Source: an uncultured Acidobacteriota bacterium (GTDB lineage: Bacteria; Acidobacteriota; Thermoanaerobaculia; Multivoradales; UBA5704). Taken from it: a DNA stretch of 64,000 nucleotides. Positions 20,583-28,383 of this stretch are shown piece by piece (the stretch's first letter is position 1; each line of letters opens with the position of its first letter). The stretch is from the NCBI GenBank assembly GCA_963700145.1, contig OY969474.1:3264001-3328000 (forward strand), in the 5' to 3' direction. Made by a program: the position numbers and the translations under genes. The notes under the pieces were generated by a model. That model saw only the letters and a list, made by a program, of their open reading frames with translations. It was not told where the DNA came from and did not search any database.

Positions 20583-21074
20583 TCAGAACTGCTGGCGGTA
20601 GGACTCGGGGCCGCGCGGGCGGTCCGGGCGGCCGGCGCCGGGAGAGGTCCAGTAGGTCGCGGCGGCCGGGTCGAAGCCGGTGGTGAGGCGGAGGCGCCGG
20701 CGGGCGCGCTGCAGCGCCCCGAACGGCAGGAAGAGGAGGTAGAAGAGGAGCGTCATCAGGAGCCAGGTCACCGCGGTCCCCACCCAGCGGCCGAAGGTCT
20801 CGAGGGCGCGGGAGAGGCGGGCGTAGCCGCCGAGCGGCGAGGCCGCGGCGAGGAGCGCGACGGCGAGGGCGATCGCCGCCACGACATAGGCGAAGGGTGT
20901 GCGCCAGAGGAGCCAGAGGAGGACCGCCGCCGCCGCCCCCACCGCCCCCTGCACCAGGCCGCGCGCCCGCGCCTTGGCCGCCGCCCGCCGGGCGCGCTCG
21001 CCGGCGCCGGCTTCGCGCACCTCCCGGCTCCAGGCGGGCAGGCTCGCGGCGGGGTTCTGCGGTACGGCACTCAT
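20583..21074 (-). CDS. SxtJ-like membrane protein
   Basis: TM helices; LFYLLFLPFG..TYW..YRQQF C-terminus; directly upstream of the carbamoyltransferase. Confidence 0.7.
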   Translation of the reverse strand: MSAVPQNPAASLPAWSREVREAGAGERARRAAAKARARGLVQGAVGAAAAVLLWLLWRTPFAYVVAAIALAVALLAAASPLGGYARLSRALETFGRWVGTAVTWLLMTLLFYLLFLPFGALQRARRRLRLTTGFDPAAATYWTSPGAGRPDRPRGPESYRQQF

Positions 21075-21151
21075 GGCTTGAAGAGGGGTTCCCGGGCGGC
21101 CGGGAGGGTGCGTATCGTAGACGCAACCAGCCCCCTTTTCAATTCATTTGC

Positions 21152-21180
21152 TTGCAGCGATACGTCCAAAGGCTTACAAT
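21152..21180 (+). promoter_or_regulatory. Putative sigma70 promoter
   Basis: TTGCAG-17 nt-TACAAT upstream of 21252. Confidence 0.5.
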
Positions 21181-21251
21181 CGCCCCAGCTACTCGGTGTC
21201 GTAACCAGTTTGGCCTTCGGGGTTTCTGTGTCTTCAGGAGGTGTAGCCTTC

Positions 21252-22583
21252 ATGAAACGGCCGTTGCTCCTCGCCCTGCTTGCGCTCCTCGCCATCGCCC
21301 CCGCGCTGCACGCCGGCACCGTCTACGTGCCGGTCACCAAGGACGGGATCCAAAGCAAGACCTACAAGACGAAGGTCTGGGTGACCAACACCAGCAGCGT
21401 CGCCCGCCGCTTCACCCACCTCTTCATCCCCGCCGGCAGCAACGGCACCGTGCGCAACGCCACCCCGGAGACCCTGACGGTGCCGGCCGGCGGCACCCTT
21501 CTGCTCTCCAGCCTCGCGCCCGCCGGCCAGATCGGCGTGCTCGAGATCAGCGGCGCGCCGCAGCTCGTGGTGACCGCGCGGCTCGACGCCTCGGCGGTGG
21601 GCAGCGGCACGCCGCCGGTAGCGAGCGCGCACCTGCCGGTCGTCTCCTCGGACAACCGGGTCGAGGGCGGCAAGACCGCCTTCCTCCAGGGGCTGGCGCG
21701 CGGCCAGGCCGGCCTGATCAGCAATCTCGGGATCCTCAACCTGGAGCACGAGCAGAGCCAGTGCACGATCAGCGCCTTCCGCTCGAACGGCACGCAGATC
21801 GGCACCAACGCGGTGATCTCGATGGCGGCGCTGAGCAACCGCGAGTTCGGCGACGCCTACGGCCTGCTGCAGGAGGCGGCGATCGCCGACTCCTACTTCG
21901 CGGTCAACTGCGCGCAGGACTTCTACGCCTACGCCACGGTCCTCGACCCGGTCAACGCGCAGACGGTGTACGTCACCCCCTCCTACTCGCTGGCCTCGGC
22001 CCTCAGGGCGCCGGGAGAGCCGGGGGGCCCGCCGGGCACGGTGCAGTTCTCGGTGCCCGGGGTCTTCCTCGACGCCAAGTCGGGCGACTCCTGGCGGATC
22101 ATCGACCTGCCGGCGCATCCGACCACCCGCTACCGGAAGGCGGTCGTCGAGTTCGACCTGCGCGTCGGGCCGATGACCCTCGGGCCGCGCAACTTCTACG
22201 GCGTCACCAGCTTCCGCCGCAACGACAAAACCCTCTACTACGGCCTCATCGTGCGCGACGACCGCGACAAGACGATCCTCGACATGGGCGTCGACGACGA
22301 CATCGTCACCGGCAGCAACGGCGGGCCGTGGAAGGCCAACTCGAACTACTACGTCGTCTTCGACTACGACACCGACAGCGAGGTGCTGAGCTTCAAGCTC
22401 TTCCGCGCCGGCGTCCTCGTCGAGCAGCTCACCGGCAACATCAACCACACCGACATCATCGCCAACAGCAACCTGCTGCGCGTCGAGTTCGGGCAGAAGG
22501 GGGTCGCCGACTTCGCCTACTTCCCGCCCATCGGCTGGCGCTACTCCAACCTCAGCGTCCGGCTGGAGACGTTCGAGGAGTAA
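21252..22583 (+). CDS. Secreted/surface hypothetical protein
   Basis: AGGAGG RBS, signal peptide, beta-rich sequence, host-like codon usage. Confidence 0.75.
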   Translation: MKRPLLLALLALLAIAPALHAGTVYVPVTKDGIQSKTYKTKVWVTNTSSVARRFTHLFIPAGSNGTVRNATPETLTVPAGGTLLLSSLAPAGQIGVLEISGAPQLVVTARLDASAVGSGTPPVASAHLPVVSSDNRVEGGKTAFLQGLARGQAGLISNLGILNLEHEQSQCTISAFRSNGTQIGTNAVISMAALSNREFGDAYGLLQEAAIADSYFAVNCAQDFYAYATVLDPVNAQTVYVTPSYSLASALRAPGEPGGPPGTVQFSVPGVFLDAKSGDSWRIIDLPAHPTTRYRKAVVEFDLRVGPMTLGPRNFYGVTSFRRNDKTLYYGLIVRDDRDKTILDMGVDDDIVTGSNGGPWKANSNYYVVFDYDTDSEVLSFKLFRAGVLVEQLTGNINHTDIIANSNLLRVEFGQKGVADFAYFPPIGWRYSNLSVRLETFEE

Positions 22584-22622
22584 ACCTTCCCGCTTTCGCC
22601 ACGCGCCGCTCGTGCGGCGCCC

Positions 22623-22658
22623 GCGGCCGGCTCCTCCGGGGGCCGGCCGCTCTGCTTT
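22623..22658 (+). terminator. Hairpin between convergent genes, possible terminator
   Basis: gcggccggctcc-loop-ggggccggccgc followed by tctgcttt. Confidence 0.45.
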
Positions 22659-22684
22659 AAAACGCCCGGCACGTGGGCCGGGCG

Positions 22685-24142
22685 CTACGACACGAAGACC
22701 ATGCTGGTCGCCAGCGCGAGGATGAGGACGGCCTGGAGGGCGGGGAGGGCGGACGCGGCCGGCGGGACGGCGGACGGGACGGCGCCGGGCTCCTCGCGCG
22801 GCGCGAGGACGGCCGCCGCGGCGAGGAGGCAGGCCCAGGGCATGAAGGGGAGCCAGATCCGCCCGACCTCCCCGCGCACCCCGCCCGAGAGGAGCAGGAG
22901 GTAGAGCGTGCCCCAGAAGACGATCGCCGTCGCGCGCAGCGGCCGCGGGGCGGCGAGCGCGCCCACGGCGGGCAGGGCCACCGCCGGCCCGAGGAGCAGC
23001 GTGAAGTCGTAAGGGTTCCAGAGCAGCCAGGTGAGGTAGCTGCGCGGCGCGACGGCGAGCTCGCGGTGGTCGGCCAGGGCGGCGGCGAAGGCCGCCCAGG
23101 GATCGTAGCCGGCGAAGAGGGCGAGGGCGAGCCAGGGGAGCGCGAAGCCGGCGGCCAGCGCCCCCCAGGAGGCCAGGCCGCGCGGGCGCCGACCTTCCTC
23201 CCCCTCTCCCCACCACGCCGCCGCCGCGACCAGCGGCGCGGCGGCGAGGGCGCCGTAGCTCAGGAAGGCGGCGAGCCCGAGGACCGCGCCCGCGGCGAGC
23301 CGGCGGCGCCACCCGTCACCGGCCGCCAGCGCCGCGGCGCCCACCAACAGGAGCGGCAGCGCCTGGTCGAGCGCCGGCGTGAAGAGGGAGCGCGCCGGCA
23401 CCAGCGTCCAGAGCGCGGCGGCGAAGAGCGCCGCGGGGGCGTCGAGCCCGAGCCGCCGCGCCAGCGCGTGGAGGGGGAAGACGGCGAGCGCCGACAGCGC
23501 CGGCAGGAGGAGGGCGAGGAGGACGACGGTCCAGGGGCTCGGCAGGCGCGGCGGCACCTCCCGGCCGCGGTCGCTGGCGCGCTGCCGCTCGCGCGCCAGC
23601 GCGTCCCGCGCGGCGGCGAGGGGCCCCCGCTCGCCGGGCGGCGCGAAGGCCTCGAGCCGGGCGCCCAGCGCGACGAGGCCGCGCAGTGCGAGGAGCGGCC
23701 CGGGCGGATGGGTGCGCGAATGCTGATTGAGGCCCTGGACGGCGCGCGGGTAGTCGGCGAGGAGCTCGCCCGCGGGCGGAGCGAGCGCCGCGTCCCAGAG
23801 GTAGCCGAAGCTGTGGCGCGAGGCGAGCGAGGCGGCAACGCGGCCGAAGCCGCCGGGCTGCGCGGCGGCCAGGGCCAGGGTGAAGAGCCAGGCGCCGAGG
23901 GCGAGGAGGGGCAGCGCCCGGCGCGCGGCGAGCCGGCCCGCCGCCGCCCGACGCGCCAGGAGGACGAGCGCGACGGCGAGGAGGCCCGCCGCCGCGGCCG
24001 CCGCCGGCGACCAGCCCGCCAGCCCCGGCGGGCGCCAGGGCCACTCCCACTCCGCCGGCCCGTTGGCGAAGGAGAGACGGGCGAGTGCCGCCTGGGCCAG
24101 ACCCAAGGTCAAGGCCGCTCCCCACCGCACGAGCCCCCGCAT
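22685..24142 (-). CDS. Polytopic membrane protein, GT-C glycosyltransferase-like
   Basis: Many TM helices; H.RTHPPG and GEVGRIWLPF motifs. Confidence 0.6.
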   Translation of the reverse strand: MRGLVRWGAALTLGLAQAALARLSFANGPAEWEWPWRPPGLAGWSPAAAAAAGLLAVALVLLARRAAAGRLAARRALPLLALGAWLFTLALAAAQPGGFGRVAASLASRHSFGYLWDAALAPPAGELLADYPRAVQGLNQHSRTHPPGPLLALRGLVALGARLEAFAPPGERGPLAAARDALARERQRASDRGREVPPRLPSPWTVVLLALLLPALSALAVFPLHALARRLGLDAPAALFAAALWTLVPARSLFTPALDQALPLLLVGAAALAAGDGWRRRLAAGAVLGLAAFLSYGALAAAPLVAAAAWWGEGEEGRRPRGLASWGALAAGFALPWLALALFAGYDPWAAFAAALADHRELAVAPRSYLTWLLWNPYDFTLLLGPAVALPAVGALAAPRPLRATAIVFWGTLYLLLLSGGVRGEVGRIWLPFMPWACLLAAAAVLAPREEPGAVPSAVPPAASALPALQAVLILALATSMVFVS

Positions 24143-24166
24143 CGAATCAGCCTACACTCTCGCCCG

Positions 24167-25162
24167 ATGCTCCCGCCGCCGCTGCCGGAGCCCGCGCGCG
24201 CTCTCGACGTCCCCGGCATCCGCCTCGGCCACGGCTCCGACACGGCGGGGATGACCGGCGTCACCGTCGTCCTCTGCCCCGAGGGCGTGCTGGCCGCCGC
24301 CGAGGTGCGCGGCTCGGCGACCGGCACCCGCCAGTTCGACTCGCTGGTCTCGGCGCAGCACGTGGCGAGCCGCGCCCATGCCGTGGTGCTGGCCGGCGGC
24401 AGCGGCTTCGGCCTCGCCGCCGCCGACCCGGTGGTCGAGTGGCTGGCGGCGCGCGGCCACGGCTTCCAGACCGGCCTCGTGCCGGTGCCGCTGGTGCCCA
24501 CCGCGATCCTCTTCGACCTGGGCTTCGGCGCCGCGGACGCGCGGCCGACGCCGGCTCTCGTCGAAGCGGCCCTCGCCGCGGCGCGCGGCGGCCCGGTGCC
24601 GGTGGGCAGCGTCGGCGCCGGCACCGGCGCGACGGTGGGCAAGGCGCTCGGCCCGCGGCAGGGGATGAAGGGCGGCTTCGGCTTCGCCAGCCTGACGGCG
24701 GCGGGGAGCGTCACGGTCGCCGCGGCGGTGGCGGTGAACGCCTTCGGCGACGTACGCGACCTCACCGGCCGCCCGGTCGCCGGCTGCCGCACGACACCCG
24801 ACGGTCTCGAGCTGGCCGGCGCCGAGCGCGTGCTCACGGCGCTGCCGCCGGACGCCGCCCACCCCTGGGAGGGAAACACGACGCTGGCGGTGGTGATGAC
24901 CGACGCCGCGCTCACCAAGGCGGCGGCGCTCAAGGTCTGCCAGATGGCCTTCGGCGGCCTCTACCGCACGCTCTCGCCCGCCCTCTCGCTCTACGACGGC
25001 GACCTCGTGGTGACGCTCGCGACGGGGGCGCGGCCGGCGGCGCTCAACCAGGTCGGGGTGCTGGCCGAGCGGGCGGTGGCGGAGGCGATCCTGGTCGCGG
25101 TGCGCGAGGCCGACGGCTTCGGCATCCTGCCGGCGGCGCGCGACCTGCCGCGCCGCGACTAG
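24167..25162 (+). CDS. P1/S58 (DmpA-like) aminopeptidase
   Basis: DVPGIRLGH, TGVTVV, GGSGFGL, GSVGAGTGA, VNAFGDV, GNTT, DGD. Confidence 0.88.
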   Translation: MLPPPLPEPARALDVPGIRLGHGSDTAGMTGVTVVLCPEGVLAAAEVRGSATGTRQFDSLVSAQHVASRAHAVVLAGGSGFGLAAADPVVEWLAARGHGFQTGLVPVPLVPTAILFDLGFGAADARPTPALVEAALAAARGGPVPVGSVGAGTGATVGKALGPRQGMKGGFGFASLTAAGSVTVAAAVAVNAFGDVRDLTGRPVAGCRTTPDGLELAGAERVLTALPPDAAHPWEGNTTLAVVMTDAALTKAAALKVCQMAFGGLYRTLSPALSLYDGDLVVTLATGARPAALNQVGVLAERAVAEAILVAVREADGFGILPAARDLPRRD

Positions 25163-25839
25163 CTGCGCACGACGAGGGAGAAGCGGAACGGGGCGCGCCG
25201 GCGCAGCTCCTCGACCGGCAGGCCGTCGACCAGGGCCGCGACCTCGGGGAGGGTCCAGGCGCGGGCCATGGAGACGCGGCCGTCGTGGCGGGTGATCCGA
25301 CCGGTGCGCAGGAGGGGCAGGAGGACGCGCAGGCCCCAGGCGGCGAGACGGTTGCGGCGGAGGTCGACGATGGCGGCGCCGCGCTGCGCGACGCGGCGCA
25401 TCTCTTCGAGGACGCGGCGGTTGCCGGCGTCGTCGAAGTGGTGGAAGAAGAGGGTAGAGAAGGCCCAATCGAAGGCGCCGTCGCGGAAGGGCAGGGCGGT
25501 GGCGCCCGCGACGACGCGGAGCTGCGGCACGCCGGCGCGGCGGCCGAGGAGGAGGTGGCCGAGCTGGCGGTCGACACCGACGATGCGAAGAGGCGCGCCG
25601 CGGCGCGCGGCCGCGCGCGCCAGGGCGGCGGCGACGCGGCCCGAGCCGGTGCCTAGATCGAGAAGCCGCTGAGGGCCGCGGCCCGCGACCCGCGGCAGCA
25701 AGGTGCGCAGGAGCGGCTGCGCGCCGGCGAACACGCGGTTGACCCGGTCCAGCTCTGCGAGCGAACGCTCGCGCTCCGCCACGCTCAGGACTCCCTCGTC
25801 CAGGATCTCCTGGTCGTCCTCGATCGGCTGCCTTTTCAT
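25159..25839 (-). CDS. Class I SAM-dependent methyltransferase
   Basis: LLDLGTGSG, LPFRDGAFD, LFFHHF, DLRR. Confidence 0.85.
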   Translation of the reverse strand: MKRQPIEDDQEILDEGVLSVAERERSLAELDRVNRVFAGAQPLLRTLLPRVAGRGPQRLLDLGTGSGRVAAALARAAARRGAPLRIVGVDRQLGHLLLGRRAGVPQLRVVAGATALPFRDGAFDWAFSTLFFHHFDDAGNRRVLEEMRRVAQRGAAIVDLRRNRLAAWGLRVLLPLLRTGRITRHDGRVSMARAWTLPEVAALVDGLPVEELRRRAPFRFSLVVRS

Positions 25840-25897
25840 TTGGTCGCGGCAGAGTAACAGCGGAAGGGAAGAGAAGAGATTCCGCTCGGGGCGGATA

Positions 25898-26073
25898 GTG
25901 CCGCGTGAGATGCCGGGCCACCCGGCCCGCGAAGAGGCGCGCCCGCTTCGCGGGTCCTGGTTGGGAAGGGCGGTGGCTGGTTAGCGGGTGGAGGCTTCGC
26001 CGCTAACGCACGGTGGCCCCTTCACCGACACGCGCCGCTTCGCAGGCCTCTGGCCCGGCACATCACGCGGCGC
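25898..26073. ncRNA. About 175-nt rod-like hairpin; candidate 6S-like or other structured RNA
   Basis: Pairings gccgcgtga/tcacgcggc, tgccgggcca/tggcccggca, gcgaag..ggcgcg/cgcgcc..cttcgc, gttagcgg/ccgctaac, with a central bubble. Confidence 0.4.
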
Positions 26074-26130
26074 CATGACTCGGAACTCTGAAGTGACGTC
26101 TGGCAGAGGAAGACCGCAACACCTTCCCCT

Positions 26131-26307
26131 TGTCATCCTGAGCGAGAGCGAACCCGCGCTCCGATCAGCGCCTGCTCCGGCAGGCGACCTCTCGGGTAGC
26201 GGCGCCCATCACAGGGCGCCGCAAGGATCTGGGTGGGGGGTGGCGCGATGCCGCAACGTCTTCGCGCCACCCTGCCCCCAGATCCCTCGCTCACGCTCGG
26301 GATGACA
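26131..26307. repeat. REP-like doublet; the first copy is interrupted by an insert
   Basis: tgtcatcctgagcga...caaggatctggg, then cagatccctcgctcacgctcgggatgaca. Confidence 0.75.
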
Positions 26308-26367
26308 GGGGGGCGCTCGGGGTGACAGGAGGCCACCATCTGTGCAGTGGCTCCACCGCCGGTTCTA

Positions 26368-26533
26368 GGGCCCGCAGGTCTCTGGAGCGCCGGGCGCTCC
26401 GTCCGCTCCCCCTCGCAGTCCACCGTGCGAGGCGTCGGAGTCGTCACCGTGTTTGCAGGCAACAACCCCGTGTACCAGCACGCGTAGCGCGGACACAAAG
26501 GGGCGCCCGGCGCGGAGGAGAGCCTGCGGGCCC
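26368..26533. other. Second long stem-loop element
   Basis: gggcccgcagg/cctgcgggccc, gcgccgggcgc/gcgcccggcgc, gtccgc/gcggac, with an inner hairpin cctcgca/tgcgagg. Confidence 0.55.
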
Positions 26534-26589
26534 CCACACCGGAACGACCGCAGCAAGCTCTTGCTGTTACCATCCCTTGAGTTCCGCTA

Positions 26590-28293
26590 ATGCGACCTTC
26601 CCGGGACCTCTGGGCCACCGCGCTACCAATCGGTGGTGCCGTCGTTGCGTTGCTCGTGGCTTTGCCCTGGACTCCAGCGCCCTCTCCGCTCTGGGCGGTC
26701 TTAGGTCTCTTCTTCGCCGCCACCGCCGGCGCCTGTCATCGTCCGTTCGGCGCCGCCTCCCTCGGACTCGGGGCCGCCGCTGTCCCTCCCGCCCTCGTCC
26801 TTGCCGGTCCCCTCCCCGCCGCCGTCCTCGCCGCCCTCGCCGTCGTCGCCGCCGATCTGCTGCTACGCCTTGCCCGCGCCCGCGGCCTCGCCACCCTGCC
26901 CGAGCGCCGCGGCCTCCTGCGCGCGCTCGAGGCCGCCGGCCGCGCCCTTCTCGCGGTCCTCGGCGGCGGCCTCCTCTGGCTCCTCCTGCCGCGCTTCGCG
27001 CCGGCCGTCGGCCTCCCCGCCCGCACCGCCGCCGCTGCCGCGGCCACCCTCCTCCTCTGGGCCTGCCTCGACGCCCTCGAGCGCCGCCTGCGCCGCCCCG
27101 GCGAGCGGCTCGACCCGCGCGGCATCCTCGCGCCGCTCGCCGCCGACCTCGCCGGCTGGGCCGCCGGCGGGGCGATCGCGGTCGCCGCCGCGCGCGCCGG
27201 CTGGGAAGTGGCCGGCCCGCTCCTCGCTCTCTGGTCGCTGCTCGCCCTCGAAGCCGCGCGCAACGGCCAGCGCGCCGACCGCTCCGGGCGCCGCGCCACG
27301 GACCTCGAGCGGCTGCGCCACGCCGGCGACCGCATGATCGCGAGCCCCGAGGACATGGCCGCGGTCGCCGAGCGCATCCACGCCGAGTGCCTGACCGTCC
27401 TGCCCTTCCACTGGTTCCAGTTCGAGGCGCTGGCGCCGGGGGACGTCTTCGCGAGCTGGTGGGCCGGCCCGGAGATGCGCGTAGCGCCGGGCGAGCCGCG
27501 CCCCGACCGCCACCCGCGGGCGCTCCCCGGCGTTCACCGCCGCACGCCCTGGCAGGTGGTCGAGCGCACGCTGCGCGACGAGCGCCGGATCGTCGCCCGC
27601 CTCCGTCTCTGGTGCGACCCGCGGCAGCTCGACCCGGAGGCCCTGGCGCACCTCGACCGTCTGCTGCCGCAGATGACCGCCTCCGTCCGCCACAGCCTCC
27701 TCGACCGCGAGGCGCGCCACGATCCGCTGACCGGGCTCGCCACGCGGCGCGTCCTCGAGCAGCGGCTGGAGGCGGCGCACGCCCGCTGCTGCGAGGAGGG
27801 GGGGTCGATGGCGGTCGTCCTCTGCGACCTCGACCACTTCAAGCGCATCAACGACACGCACGGCCACCCGGCCGGCGACGCGGCGCTCGTGGCGGTGGCC
27901 GGGGCGCTCGAGGCCGAGCGGCGCGAAGGGGACCTCTGCTGCCGCTATGGCGGCGAGGAGTTCGTGCTGCTGCTCGACGGCGCGGCGGGGGAGACGGCGC
28001 TGGCGGTGGCGGAGCGGCTGCGGCAGCGGGTGGCGGCGCTCGGCTGGACCTTCGAGGGCAAGCCCATCCCGCTCACCCTGAGCGCCGGCGCGGCCGCCTT
28101 CCCGCAGCTCTGGGCGCGCGCCGCCGGCGAGCTGATCCTCTTCGCCGACGAGGCGCTCTACGAATGCAAGCGGAGCGGCCGCGACCGCTGCCTCCTCGAT
28201 CTCGGCCAGGGCCGCTACCAGGCCCCCGACGGCGCCCTGCACCTCGCCGAGGACGCGCCGCCCGCCCAGGCGCCGCCGCGGATCTTCGCTTGA
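26590..28293 (+). CDS. Membrane-bound diguanylate cyclase
   Basis: Multi-TM N-terminus; DPLTGL, DLDHFK, RxxD I-site (REGD), RYGGEEF. Confidence 0.9.
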   Translation: MRPSRDLWATALPIGGAVVALLVALPWTPAPSPLWAVLGLFFAATAGACHRPFGAASLGLGAAAVPPALVLAGPLPAAVLAALAVVAADLLLRLARARGLATLPERRGLLRALEAAGRALLAVLGGGLLWLLLPRFAPAVGLPARTAAAAAATLLLWACLDALERRLRRPGERLDPRGILAPLAADLAGWAAGGAIAVAAARAGWEVAGPLLALWSLLALEAARNGQRADRSGRRATDLERLRHAGDRMIASPEDMAAVAERIHAECLTVLPFHWFQFEALAPGDVFASWWAGPEMRVAPGEPRPDRHPRALPGVHRRTPWQVVERTLRDERRIVARLRLWCDPRQLDPEALAHLDRLLPQMTASVRHSLLDREARHDPLTGLATRRVLEQRLEAAHARCCEEGGSMAVVLCDLDHFKRINDTHGHPAGDAALVAVAGALEAERREGDLCCRYGGEEFVLLLDGAAGETALAVAERLRQRVAALGWTFEGKPIPLTLSAGAAAFPQLWARAAGELILFADEALYECKRSGRDRCLLDLGQGRYQAPDGALHLAEDAPPAQAPPRIFA

Positions 28294-28305
28294 CCGCGCT
28301 TCGCG

Positions 28306-28335
28306 TTGACGCCCGCCCCGCACGGCTGTGATAAT
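28306..28335 (+). promoter_or_regulatory. Putative sigma70 promoter of the TonB-dependent receptor gene
   Basis: TTGACG-18 nt-GATAAT with an extended TG. Confidence 0.45.
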
Positions 28336-28383
28336 CGCGGCCTTATCAGGCCCCGTCATCTTCGCTTCCCCTTGGGAGGACTT

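Noticed and set aside
17267..21074. Saxitoxin biosynthesis cluster
   Set aside because: No sxtA-like PKS, amidinotransferase or other core genes in the window.
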